From assembly GCA_937903035.1 (NCBI GenBank), contig CALCZP010000003.1, positions 65,156 through 129,155 of the forward strand: a DNA stretch of 64,000 nucleotides, read 5' to 3'. This DNA is from an uncultured bacterium (GTDB lineage Bacteria; Patescibacteriota; Minisyncoccia; Phycocordibacterales; UBA9973). Made by a program: the position numbers and the translations under genes. The notes under the pieces were generated by a model. The model saw only the letters and a list, made by a program, of their open reading frames with translations, was not told the DNA's origin and did no database searches. How positions within the stretch are numbered: the first letter of the stretch is position 1; the number at the start of each line of letters is the position of its first letter. Positions 28,389-37,811 of the stretch are shown in pieces.

Positions 28389-28661
28389 TTATTTAACTGC
28401 GTCTTTCAAAGCTTTCGCAGGGCGGAACTTTGCAACACGAGTAGCGGCAACTTTGACTTGCTCACCAGTTTTTGGATTGCGAGCCATACGTGCAGCGCGA
28501 GGCTTCACTGAAAAGATACCGAGACCGGCAATTGAGACCTCACCACCTTTCTTTAAGGTCTTGGTAATTTCTTCAATAATACTTTCTACCACTTCTTCGG
28601 CCTGTACTTTAGTACCACCGATTTTGCCATGGACGAGTTCGGCGAGTGCTTGTTTGTTCAT
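28389..28661 (-). CDS. hup: DNA-binding protein HU
   Basis: MNKQALAELV ... GLGIFSVKPRAARMARNPKTGEQVKV ... ; start at the internal ATG 28661. Confidence 0.85.
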   Translation of the reverse strand: MNKQALAELVHGKIGGTKVQAEEVVESIIEEITKTLKKGGEVSIAGLGIFSVKPRAARMARNPKTGEQVKVAATRVAKFRPAKALKDAVK

Positions 28662-28847
28662 ATCGTAAACGTTAGGAATTCCCCAAGGGAATTGTCTAGT
28701 AATGTTTGTCAGTGCGCTCAAGCTTTGATGCTTTAAGCTAGGTTCATTATAATACAAGGGTTTTTTGGCGCTACCTTGACGAAATCAGGATATATTTTAT
28801 TTTGTTTCGCACTTTTATGACAAAAAATACGTTTTTGAGCACTCTTT

Positions 28848-30335
28848 TTATCGCGCGTAGTCGGTGATACGTGTCTCGCGAATGATGGTGACCTTGATCT
28901 GACCAGGGTAGCGGAGCTCTGTCTCGATAGAGAGTGCAATGCTGCGAGCGAGTGATCTTGCCTCGATGTCAGACACATTCTCAGGATGCACAAAGATGCG
29001 AATTTCGCGTCCGGCTTGGAGTGCAAACGCTTTTTCGACACCTTTGAACCGTGAAGCGAGACTTTCAAGCTCACCGAGGCGCTTGAGATAGAGCTCAGCG
29101 CTATCACGCCGTGCGCCAGGACGAGCACCCGAGATCATGTCGGCTGTCTGTACAATCACCGCTTCGAGACTTTCATGGGGTACATCATCGTGATGACTCT
29201 TCATAGCGCTGATGATGCGTTCGTCGGTACCAAATCGACGAAGAACCTTAATGCCGATATCTACATGAGTACCTTCAAATTCGTGATCAAGTGCCTTGCC
29301 GATGTCGTGAACAAGTGCGGCAGTCTTTGCAATATAGGGGTCTGCGCCAACTTCGGATGCGAGCATCTCCGCGATATGTGCCATTTCGATTGAGTGTGCA
29401 AGGACATTTTGGCCATAGCTGGTGCGGAAGTGAAGTCTGCCGAGGGTAGCAACAACGCGTGGGTCGAGATTGTAAATACCGCACTCATACACTGCAGCAG
29501 CGCCTCGATCTTTGATGATCTCATGAATTGCACTCTTGGACTTTTCAATTTCTTCTTCAATCTTTGCAGGTTGAATGCGGCCGTCTTTGAGGAGGGATTG
29601 GAGTGCATGGACTGCAATCGCCCGTCTGACTGGGTCAAAACATGACACAACAATAGCCCCCGGTGTTTCATCAACAAGAAGCTCTACGCCCGAGAGTCGC
29701 TCAAAGACACGAATGTTGCGACCTTCCTTGCCGATGATTTTGCCTTTTTGGTCATCACTCTCGAGGCTTACACTTGCAGTTGAGAGTTCGATCACTGTAG
29801 GCACTGCCAGGCGCTGTATCGTAGCCATTAGAATATTCTTTGCGCGATCGTTTATATTCTCATTCAGTGAGTGATCAAGTTTGTGTACTCGGGCTTGAAG
29901 ATCTTGGGCAAAGGTTATTTCTGCCTGTTTCAAGAGATCGGTATATGCGTCCTCAATACTGCATCCGGTAATACGCTCAAGAAGTGTTGTCTGTTGTGCG
30001 ACTTGTGCTGCAAGATCTTGTTCTGACTCAAGGAGTTGGGCCGCCTTGTATTCGAGGATAGTGGATTTGTCATCAAGCTCCTGCTGTCGCTCATCAAGGA
30101 GTGATTCTTTTCGGATGAGTCGATCTTCATGTATCTTGAGCTCATGCCTGACGAGCTCTGCCTTGTCATGCGCCTCATCAACAATCTCCTGTGCCTGTTC
30201 GCGTGCATGTATGAGACGCTCGGAGACTGAGAGCTCAAGTGAGTTTTTTTTGAGAATGAACAATACTGCTCTAACGCTGTAACCAAAGAGTCCTCCAGCG
30301 AGAAGCATGGCAAAAGCGACGAATGTATCGCTCAT
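28848..30335 (-). CDS. rny: Ribonuclease Y
   Basis: N-terminal TM, coiled coil, KH domain (GKIIGKEGRNIR), HD domain (HSIEMAH...HDIGK). Confidence 0.9.
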   Translation of the reverse strand: MSDTFVAFAMLLAGGLFGYSVRAVLFILKKNSLELSVSERLIHAREQAQEIVDEAHDKAELVRHELKIHEDRLIRKESLLDERQQELDDKSTILEYKAAQLLESEQDLAAQVAQQTTLLERITGCSIEDAYTDLLKQAEITFAQDLQARVHKLDHSLNENINDRAKNILMATIQRLAVPTVIELSTASVSLESDDQKGKIIGKEGRNIRVFERLSGVELLVDETPGAIVVSCFDPVRRAIAVHALQSLLKDGRIQPAKIEEEIEKSKSAIHEIIKDRGAAAVYECGIYNLDPRVVATLGRLHFRTSYGQNVLAHSIEMAHIAEMLASEVGADPYIAKTAALVHDIGKALDHEFEGTHVDIGIKVLRRFGTDERIISAMKSHHDDVPHESLEAVIVQTADMISGARPGARRDSAELYLKRLGELESLASRFKGVEKAFALQAGREIRIFVHPENVSDIEARSLARSIALSIETELRYPGQIKVTIIRETRITDYAR

Positions 30336-30336
30336 G

Positions 30337-30927
30337 TTATTTTACGATTTCAGGTTTGGTAATGACTGCGTCGATAATACCGTATACTTCCGCTTCGTTT
30401 GGATCCATATAGAAGTCGCGATCAGTTTCCTTTTCAACTTTTGCAAGCTTTTGGCCAGTATGTTTGACGATCAGTTCGTTGAGCATCTTTTTTGATTTCA
30501 AGATTTCTCGTGCTTGTATCTCGATGTCACTTGCCTGACCTTGGACACCTCCCCATGGCTGGTGAATCATAATACGTGAGTGAGGGAGTGAGAAACGCTT
30601 TTTCTTTGCACCACCGAGGAGGAGGATGGCACCCATGGATGCTGCGAGTCCGACACAGATCGTTGATACATCAGGTTTAATGAATTGCATCGTGTCATAG
30701 ATTGCCATACCAGCAACCACTGATCCGCCTGGGGAGTTGATATAGAGCTGGATGTCCTTTTTGGGATCTTCGTTAGCAAGGAAGAGAAGTTGTGCGATCA
30801 CGAGGTTTGCGGTGTGATCGTTGATCTCATCATTGAGGAAAATAATACGGTCCTTGAGGAGACGTGAGTAAATATCATAGGCACGCTCGCCCATATTGGT
30901 CTTTTCGATAACAGTTGGGATTAACAT
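30337..30927 (-). CDS. clpP: ATP-dependent Clp protease proteolytic subunit
   Basis: [19 protein letters not shown] ... catalytic GLAASMGA ... HQP motifs. Confidence 0.92.
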   Translation of the reverse strand: MLIPTVIEKTNMGERAYDIYSRLLKDRIIFLNDEINDHTANLVIAQLLFLANEDPKKDIQLYINSPGGSVVAGMAIYDTMQFIKPDVSTICVGLAASMGAILLLGGAKKKRFSLPHSRIMIHQPWGGVQGQASDIEIQAREILKSKKMLNELIVKHTGQKLAKVEKETDRDFYMDPNEAEVYGIIDAVITKPEIVK

Positions 30928-31047
30928 AGAAATACAAAAACAAATGGATAAAAGTCGGTCGGTCGTGGCAGAAATGCTGACAAATTCACTATAGCGTCGT
31001 TTGACTTTTTATGCAAAAACAGTAGAGTTATATAAAATCAAACTGTT

Positions 31048-31332
31048 ATGACAACCATATATGTTCGACTCCAAAGCGGTGCTCTGTCAAATTTCTTTTC
31101 AGGTAATTACGCTATTTTACATAGCCAAGATAAACCTATTGCCATTCTTGCAACTTACGTAGAAAGGCTTAATGCTTATGCTATTAAGAAAAGAGAATTT
31201 CTCAAAAGACTTTTAGAAACAAAAAAATGTCCTCAGGAAGAACATGAAAATCTACTCTTTTTAAAAACTTCTTGTAAAAATGACGAAGAAATCATAATTC
31301 CTTTTGAGGATTGTGATGAAAAATTTGCTTAG
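31048..31332 (+). CDS. Hypothetical small protein
   Basis: 94-aa ORF terminated by a hairpin; no family. Confidence 0.35.
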   Translation: MTTIYVRLQSGALSNFFSGNYAILHSQDKPIAILATYVERLNAYAIKKREFLKRLLETKKCPQEEHENLLFLKTSCKNDEEIIIPFEDCDEKFA

Positions 31333-31334
31333 TA

Positions 31335-31372
31335 AAAATCCCCGCCAGAAGCGGGGATCTTTTTTATTTTTG
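31335..31372. terminator. Bidirectional terminator, copy 2 of the repeated 21-mer AATCCCCGCCAGAAGCGGGGA
   Basis: AAAAATCCCCGCCAGAAGCGGGGATCTTTTTT. Confidence 0.7.
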
Positions 31373-32419
31373 ATCTTCAAGCATTGAGAGGACTTTCTCA
31401 TTGGTGAGGAGCATATCCACGTACGCTTTCGTTCGATATGCATCAGCACCAGGATACATTGCCATGAACTTTTCAGTTTCAGCATCGATCTCTTCGTCGG
31501 TTGGAGCCGTACCTTCGGCACGTGCAATGGCATTGATGATGAGCTGGAAGCGCGCACGCTTTTCTGCTTCATCTTTGAATTCTTCCATGATACCTTCACG
31601 AGTTTTCTCAGTGTGCTTGAGGTATTCCTCGATGGTGCCACCTGCACGAGCGATGTCTGCCTCGATCTGCGCAAGCATCTTTTCTTGCTCTGATTTGATC
31701 ACAATCTCTGGTACTTCAAATGAAGTCTCAGCAACGATACTATCGATGATTGCAATGCGACGCTTGTCTTTTGCATCCTGTGCTTTTTCCTTGCCAATGT
31801 TCTCGGCAATCTTTGCACGGAATGCTGCGAGATCTGCAAAGTCCCCGAATGACTTGATGAATGCATCATCTACTTCAGGGAGCGGCTCCGCATGGCCGTG
31901 CTCTTCACCATGGTGATGGACGTGTCCGTAGGCACGCATCTGGCGAAGCTCCTCAATCACTTTGTCGATATCTGCTTCGGTGTGTGTTTCTGCTTCAGCA
32001 GAGGGGGCATTCTTTGCAATTTTTTTGTAGTCAGGGAGTTTGATTTCAGGTACAACAGCAGCCTTGATACTAAAGCAAAGTTCGTTGCCGCGAGCGATTT
32101 TGGTTATGGTGACTTCTGGTCGACCAATCACATCGAGCTCTTGTTCCTTGAGGATCGCAGGGTAATACTCCTGGATTGCGAGCTCTGCCATGTCGCCAAG
32201 CATAATTTCGTCCCCGATCTGCGCTTTTGCAATATGCTCAGGTACGTGCCCCTTGCGGAAGCCGTCTACTGAGACATGTGCTGAGAGGCGTTCAAAGGCT
32301 TTCTTTTCAAAAGCGGAAAGTGCATCCCAGGTGATTGAGCCTGAAATTTCGATCATGCTGCCAGGAAGTGCAGCAACGGTTGCGCTATATTTGGTATTCA
32401 TAGGTCGAGAGTCTACCAC
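31364..32419 (-). CDS. tig: Trigger factor (short form)
   Basis: N-terminal ribosome-binding signature VDGFRKGHVP; PPIase-like middle; 351 aa; alternative start 32401. Confidence 0.82.
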   Translation of the reverse strand: MVDSRPMNTKYSATVAALPGSMIEISGSITWDALSAFEKKAFERLSAHVSVDGFRKGHVPEHIAKAQIGDEIMLGDMAELAIQEYYPAILKEQELDVIGRPEVTITKIARGNELCFSIKAAVVPEIKLPDYKKIAKNAPSAEAETHTEADIDKVIEELRQMRAYGHVHHHGEEHGHAEPLPEVDDAFIKSFGDFADLAAFRAKIAENIGKEKAQDAKDKRRIAIIDSIVAETSFEVPEIVIKSEQEKMLAQIEADIARAGGTIEEYLKHTEKTREGIMEEFKDEAEKRARFQLIINAIARAEGTAPTDEEIDAETEKFMAMYPGADAYRTKAYVDMLLTNEKVLSMLEDQK

Positions 32420-32430
32420 GAGGGGCAGTA

Positions 32431-32874
32431 TTATGCACCAACGGTGTCAGTGAGGGCACCTTTGAGCGAGAGAAGACTTTGAATAAGAGCAAGTCGGAGG
32501 GTTTCGAAGCTTGTTTCTACTACCTGAACATCTTTTGCGGTGACAGCTTTGCTATCAGTGGTGAGCTTTGCATAGGCGTCGATTGCTGCTTTGGTGTTTG
32601 CGATTGCAAGAGTAGTCTTGTCGATTGCTGCCTGAGAAGTCTTGATATCGATACCTTTTTCGGCTAAACGACTGGTTGCTGCTTGGATACGAGCCTGAAA
32701 TGAGATCATGCGACCAAGGAGAGCACGAAAGTCTGCTTCAGTCTTGATTTCGACAGCTTTTTCCTCCACAGGAGCTTTTTCGCCTTGTTTTGCAACACTT
32801 TGTGCGGAAACAGGTGAGAGACCACCAAAGGTAGCCATGAGTGCCAATACAATATATATGTACGCTTTCTTCAT
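32431..32874 (-). CDS. Hypothetical secreted protein
   Basis: Signal peptide MKKAYIYIVLALMATFGGLSPVSAQS from internal ATG 32874; the ORF extends to 32934. Confidence 0.5.
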   Translation of the reverse strand: MKKAYIYIVLALMATFGGLSPVSAQSVAKQGEKAPVEEKAVEIKTEADFRALLGRMISFQARIQAATSRLAEKGIDIKTSQAAIDKTTLAIANTKAAIDAYAKLTTDSKAVTAKDVQVVETSFETLRLALIQSLLSLKGALTDTVGA

Positions 32875-32933
32875 ACCTCCTATTATACATACTTCTGGTA
32901 AAAAATCCAGGCTTTTGTAAAGGGTGAATAACA

Positions 32934-32961
32934 AAAAGCCTCCTATAACGGAGGCTTTTTG
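32934..32961. terminator. Bidirectional terminator
   Basis: AAAAAGCCTCCTATAACGGAGGCTTTTT. Confidence 0.7.
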
Positions 32962-33492
32962 TTATTGTTGGTATTTCTCAGTATAGAGTTTCTGGGAGTG
33001 GGCGATGGCTTTGTGGGCATCAGCTTTGTCGCCCCAGTCTTCTACTTTCACTTCCTTGTTCTGAATCTGCTTGTAGGTCATGAAGAAATGCTGGATCTCT
33101 TTGACGGTATGCTTGTTGATCTCAGAGAGGTCAGTGACTTCGTCCCATCGTGGATCCTTTTCAGGTACGGCGATGATTTTGGCATCAGAGTCCCCGTCGT
33201 CGATCATGTTCATGATTGCTACAGGGCGAACTTTCACCAAAATACCAGGAGATAGTGGGTATGTGGTGAGTACAACTACGTCCAACGGATCACCGTCTTC
33301 CCAGTGTGACTGCGGCATGAATCCGTAATCAAATGGATAGTCCTGACTTGAGTGCATAGCGCGATCAAGCATGATCATACCGGTCTCTTTGTCTATCTCG
33401 TACTTATTCTTTGAACCCTTCGGAATTTCAATAATGACATTGATGATCTCAGGCGTGTTCTTGCCGGCAGTAATATCGTGAAGGAGGTTCAT
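32962..33492 (-). CDS. ppa: Inorganic pyrophosphatase
   Basis: DGDPLDVVVL and family-I PPase motifs. Confidence 0.9.
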   Translation of the reverse strand: MNLLHDITAGKNTPEIINVIIEIPKGSKNKYEIDKETGMIMLDRAMHSSQDYPFDYGFMPQSHWEDGDPLDVVVLTTYPLSPGILVKVRPVAIMNMIDDGDSDAKIIAVPEKDPRWDEVTDLSEINKHTVKEIQHFFMTYKQIQNKEVKVEDWGDKADAHKAIAHSQKLYTEKYQQ

Positions 33493-33493
33493 A

Positions 33494-34720
33494 TTATGCA
33501 GTTTCTTCGCTATTTAATACTTCTTCGACTGGTTCGACGAGAGCTGTTTCTCCCATTGCTTCAGCTGCAAGATCTTTGAGAGAAACGAAATCGTCACCTT
33601 CTGGTTTGAGCATATCTTCGGATGCTTCTGCTTCGGTGCCCTTGATATCGATTTTCCATCCAGTGAGCTTTGCAGCAAGACGAACGTTCTGTCCACCTTT
33701 ACCAATGGCGAGAGAGAGCTGATCTGGAGTTACTTCAATCGTCGCCTTGTGTTCTGCTTCATCAAGAGTGATATCAAGTACTCGTGCTGGGGAGAGGGCT
33801 TTGCGAACAAATTCTTCGGGATCAGGAGACCATTCAATAATATCGATTTTCTCACCACCGAGTTCATTCATCACGGTTGAGACGCGAACACCTTTCTGAC
33901 CAACACATGATCCGACTGGATCAATATTCTGATCATCGGTCCATACGGCAATCTTTGAACGACGGCCGCCTGGTTCACGCGCAATAGCCTTTATTTGGAC
34001 AAGTCCGTTTGCAACTTCAGGGCTCTCGTATGCAAAGAGCTTTTCGAGAAATTTCGGATGGGTACGAGAAAGTCTGAGGTTTACGCCGCGAGGAGACTCC
34101 TCAACATTGTAAAGATATGCTCGGATGCGTGCGCCACGAGCATAATGTTCACCAGGAATCTGTTCATTTGGAGGGATAACACCGACTGCACGGTTAAAAT
34201 CTACAAATACGTTACCTCGATCAATTTTTTGGATGTGACCAGAGACAATATCACCTTCTTTGCTGCCAAATTCGTCTAAGATAGAAGTGCGCTCTGCTTC
34301 GCGGATGCGCTGCATGATAACTTGTTTTGCAGTTTGAGCTGCGATACGACCAAAGTCATCCTTTGGTTCGAGGGGGAATACAATTTCATCTCCGATTGCT
34401 GCATCAGTCTTCATGATACGAGCATCTTCAAGGAGAATGTGTTTCTCTTCATTATAATGTTCGCGTTCCTCGTCTTCGTGCTCGGGTTCTTCGGTGAAGT
34501 ACACCATTGAGTCGTCAACGACAGTCTTTACCTGCTCAAATGCAAAGGTACCACCATCAAGATCAATAGCTGCACGGACAACTTGGCCTTTTTTGCCATA
34601 TTCTTTTTTGTACGCGGCAGCAAGTGACTGTTCGATAGCGTCGATAAGTTTGTCGCGCGCGATACGACGCTCTCCTTCGAGCTGTTCGATCGCTAATTTA
34701 AGTGCTTTGATATCTAACAT
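33494..34720 (-). CDS. nusA: Transcription termination/antitermination protein NusA
   Basis: N-terminal domain, S1 domain, two KH domains (GxxG); 408 aa. Confidence 0.9.
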   Translation of the reverse strand: MLDIKALKLAIEQLEGERRIARDKLIDAIEQSLAAAYKKEYGKKGQVVRAAIDLDGGTFAFEQVKTVVDDSMVYFTEEPEHEDEEREHYNEEKHILLEDARIMKTDAAIGDEIVFPLEPKDDFGRIAAQTAKQVIMQRIREAERTSILDEFGSKEGDIVSGHIQKIDRGNVFVDFNRAVGVIPPNEQIPGEHYARGARIRAYLYNVEESPRGVNLRLSRTHPKFLEKLFAYESPEVANGLVQIKAIAREPGGRRSKIAVWTDDQNIDPVGSCVGQKGVRVSTVMNELGGEKIDIIEWSPDPEEFVRKALSPARVLDITLDEAEHKATIEVTPDQLSLAIGKGGQNVRLAAKLTGWKIDIKGTEAEASEDMLKPEGDDFVSLKDLAAEAMGETALVEPVEEVLNSEETA

Positions 34721-34815
34721 ATGTAATTGTTATTCTATTTTTTATAAAAAAATATCCCCGGACGAGTGGAGACATTTGCGATTGCACTATACCATGAAGT
34801 ATACTTGTATGACAA

Positions 34816-36273
34816 ATGAAACAGATATCCGGTCGCGCTATCTTTCTCTCGCTTCTTTTCGTCATTCTTATTGGTGGCGCAATCAAAATTTTTGCATCCG
34901 CAAGTGAAAATGTAACTGGCTACGCATGGTCATCAAACATTGGATGGCTCAGCATGAATAACTGCCAGAATGGTACCTGTGGACCTCAGGGGTATGGTGT
35001 TTCAATGATGTCGACAGCTCCTGGTACGATCAGTGGCTACGCATGGTCATCAAACATTGGATGGGTTACGTTTAATGATACTGGATGTCCTTCAACGGTG
35101 AGTGGTTGTACTGGAGGTGCATCGATTGATTGGGCTCATCCAAATAGTGATAGTACAGTCAATCTAAAAGGGTGGGCACGCGCCTGTTCAGTATTTGCAA
35201 GCGGCTGCAGTGGCGCACTTGCTGCTGATACACGTCGAGGTGGCTGGGATGGTTTTATATCTCTTAATGGCAGTAATTGGGGAGGAAAGCTTAATCCTAC
35301 GACTGGTGTGGTGACTGGCTACGCATGGGGATCAGAGATTATTGGATGGATGTCACTGACAGGAATGCAGATAGGGATACCACCGCAGCAACCTGTTACA
35401 GTAACCCTTGCTTCTGCAGATGCGTGTATACCAGCTGGTCAAAAAGGACGTTTCACCTGGGATGTTACTCCGCATAGTGCAACAAGTAGATATAATACGG
35501 GAGGTGGTGCTGGTCCTAATATTGGTGGTTGCGATATCATTAAGGGTACTAAAGCAGATCCTATTTGTGAAAAGACTACTCGAGGTGATGGTACAGGAGG
35601 AAGTCCAAATACCTATCAATATATAGAGCACACACCAGCAGATCCTTCTACAGATGATCTATGTCCTGATGAATTTGATGTTCCAAGTACTGCATTGCTC
35701 GCAGGTGGTAGTCATAACTTTCAGTCAAATGTATTTACCACTATTGGTGGAACTACGTATTATCAAACATCGCTCACACCAGCAATGAGTGATTCAGAAC
35801 CGTATATATTGCGTTGTTATGATGTGGTCAATCAGACGCAGTATGATTCACCGCAGGTATTTGTTAGTCAGTGTCCCGCACCAACTGAGGATTTCACTAT
35901 CACTGCAACACCTTCAAGTCAAAAGCTCGTTGATGGCACAGGGATTAATCTTGGTAAAAAAGTAGCGACGTTCACTATAGCGGTAAATCCTATCAGTGGT
36001 TTTGGTGCTGCGGGAGATAGTGTGGTACTTGCAATTCAGTCATACCCAACAATGCCCCCAAGTACAACATTCAACTTTAGCTCTCCGACACTCAACTGGA
36101 ACGGATCATCGTTCGGTACTGCAACACTTACGGTGGTTATTAATGCAAATGAAGTTACCACTGCAAGTTATACACCGATTGTGATCTCTGGTACTTCAAC
36201 ACCAGGGGTGCGTACCACAAGTGTTACCGTTGGAGGTAAGGGGAAGAAGCAGACGATTTTTGAAGAAATCTAG
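34816..36273 (+). CDS. Secreted protein with three tandem GYAWSSNIGW(L/V)(S/T) repeats and Cys-rich segments
   Basis: Signal peptide ending ASA; repeats at 34918-34950 and 35035-35067 (30 nt identical) and 35316-35351. Confidence 0.6.
   Translation: MKQISGRAIFLSLLFVILIGGAIKIFASASENVTGYAWSSNIGWLSMNNCQNGTCGPQGYGVSMMSTAPGTISGYAWSSNIGWVTFNDTGCPSTVSGCTGGASIDWAHPNSDSTVNLKGWARACSVFASGCSGALAADTRRGGWDGFISLNGSNWGGKLNPTTGVVTGYAWGSEIIGWMSLTGMQIGIPPQQPVTVTLASADACIPAGQKGRFTWDVTPHSATSRYNTGGGAGPNIGGCDIIKGTKADPICEKTTRGDGTGGSPNTYQYIEHTPADPSTDDLCPDEFDVPSTALLAGGSHNFQSNVFTTIGGTTYYQTSLTPAMSDSEPYILRCYDVVNQTQYDSPQVFVSQCPAPTEDFTITATPSSQKLVDGTGINLGKKVATFTIAVNPISGFGAAGDSVVLAIQSYPTMPPSTTFNFSSPTLNWNGSSFGTATLTVVINANEVTTASYTPIVISGTSTPGVRTTSVTVGGKGKKQTIFEEI
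34918..35351 (+). repeat. Intragenic tandem repeats encoding GYAWSSNIGW motifs
   Basis: GGCTACGCATGGTCATCAAACATTGGATGG occurs twice exactly, plus a diverged third copy. Confidence 0.7.
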
Positions 36274-36293
36274 TATACTTATACATACATAGT

Positions 36294-36620
36294 ATGAATG
36301 ACATTGTGCCAGCAACAGAGCAATCACTACCTATTGTAGAAAAGAAATCTCCTTTTTCTTTTCTACAAAAAGTTCCATGGCGTATCGTACTTCCTACTAT
36401 TTTTTTAGTTGTAGTGATTGCTATTTTTTTCTATATTCGTTCGACGAGAACCCAAAATACTCCTATCGAAACACTGCAAGATCTACGTACGAGCTCAATG
36501 CCGCCAATTGAATCAGAGGTACTCCGTACCTATGTAACACAAAAGACCGCTGCAACTTCTAAGCCGTATCGTCCTTCAAGAGAAACACAGCTTCAGATGC
36601 TTGAGAAGCTCGAACAATAA
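36294..36620 (+). CDS. Small single-pass membrane protein
   Basis: 108-aa ORF; TM IVLPTIFLVVVIAIFFYI. Confidence 0.4.
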   Translation: MNDIVPATEQSLPIVEKKSPFSFLQKVPWRIVLPTIFLVVVIAIFFYIRSTRTQNTPIETLQDLRTSSMPPIESEVLRTYVTQKTAATSKPYRPSRETQLQMLEKLEQ

Positions 36621-36626
36621 TATTGT

Positions 36627-37799
36627 ATGAATACTCTTTTTAAACAACTCTCACTCTTACTACCTGCACTATGTATTGCTGGTATTGCAGGAGCATATAC
36701 TCCACCTACGACTACCGCTCCAGGGGATAATACCGATGGGCCTATTACGATAGGTGCTACTAATGATGCTAAAAATGGTAGTTTGAATGTTGGTACATTT
36801 CAAGCACGTGGTAATGCATTACTTGCTCAGGATGTGTATGTGTCAGGACTCATCAATGGTGGTCATCCGTCTGATACCACTTCAACAGTGACAATCGGAA
36901 GTGCAGCTACACCAATGAAAACCATTGTTTCTGGAACCATTAGTGCTGCAAATGGGCAGTCGGGAACATTAAGTCATAGTGGAACTGGCACAAAAAATGT
37001 CTGCGCAGCTCCAGACGGTACATACATATTGTGTGGCGCTACTCCTACTGATGTTTGTCCAAATATTGCCGGCGCCCAAGCATCAATTCCTGCAGGAATG
37101 GTTATTAATGGTGCCGGGAATTGTATTGTTGAAGATCAACCAATCGATCCTGGTGTAGGTGGTGCTGGTACAGGAGGAACATTTGCAACTTGTTTTGTTG
37201 CAGATACACGAGTCACTCTTTCAGATGGGTCAAAGAAAAATATTCAGGACGTACAAATTGGTGATGTACTTCGAGGTGAGACTAGTAATAATACAGTGCT
37301 TGCATTTCACCGACCAAAACTCAATGGCATGATTTACTCATTCAATGGCGGACGATATTTTGTGACCGAAGAGCACCCATTCATGACAACTGAGGGGTGG
37401 AAGTCGATTAATCCTGAAAAAACTGCTCTTGAAAATATTGGTATTGAAGTTACCTCGCTTGAAGTAGGTGATACACTCATTACTGATCATGGTCTTGTAC
37501 TATTGACGACGATTCATGGAAAAGCGGAGTCATCTGATACTGATCTGTATAACTTCATGCTCAGCGGTGACCGGACTTACTTTGCTGATGGCTATCTCGT
37601 GCATAATAAAGCACAGTGTAGTGGGTCTACTAGTTGTGGTCCGAACCAGTACTGTATTAATAATGCAGGAGCTGTAATTACATCAGGTGGGGGATCTTGT
37701 TCTCTTGTTTGTACTCCTGGGGGGAATGTACCGACTACTGGATGTCAATCACCAAAAACACCGTATTGTGCAAGTGATAATACTGTTCGCTGTCATTAA
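36627..37799 (+). CDS. Secreted protein with a Hint (Hedgehog/intein-like, BIL-type) autoprocessing domain (37191-37607) followed by a 61-aa tail with 8 Cys
   Basis: Signal peptide; Hint block A CFVADTRVTLSDGSKKNIQDVQIGDVL, block B TEEHPFMTTEGWK, C-terminal block FADGYLVHN; tail KAQCSGSTSCGPNQYCINN...CASDNTVRCH. Confidence 0.7.
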   Translation: MNTLFKQLSLLLPALCIAGIAGAYTPPTTTAPGDNTDGPITIGATNDAKNGSLNVGTFQARGNALLAQDVYVSGLINGGHPSDTTSTVTIGSAATPMKTIVSGTISAANGQSGTLSHSGTGTKNVCAAPDGTYILCGATPTDVCPNIAGAQASIPAGMVINGAGNCIVEDQPIDPGVGGAGTGGTFATCFVADTRVTLSDGSKKNIQDVQIGDVLRGETSNNTVLAFHRPKLNGMIYSFNGGRYFVTEEHPFMTTEGWKSINPEKTALENIGIEVTSLEVGDTLITDHGLVLLTTIHGKAESSDTDLYNFMLSGDRTYFADGYLVHNKAQCSGSTSCGPNQYCINNAGAVITSGGGSCSLVCTPGGNVPTTGCQSPKTPYCASDNTVRCH

Positions 37800-37811
37800 T
37801 ATATAGATAGT

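Noticed and set aside
31401-31916. 171-aa plus-strand ORF inside tig
   Set aside because: It is antisense to a well-supported trigger factor. Its Ser/Ala-rich composition is a mirror-frame artefact.
36627-37799. A true splicing intein in the 36627 protein
   Set aside because: The residue following the terminal HN is Lys, not Cys, Ser or Thr, so protein splicing is unlikely. An autoproteolytic BIL/Hint-type domain is the better interpretation.
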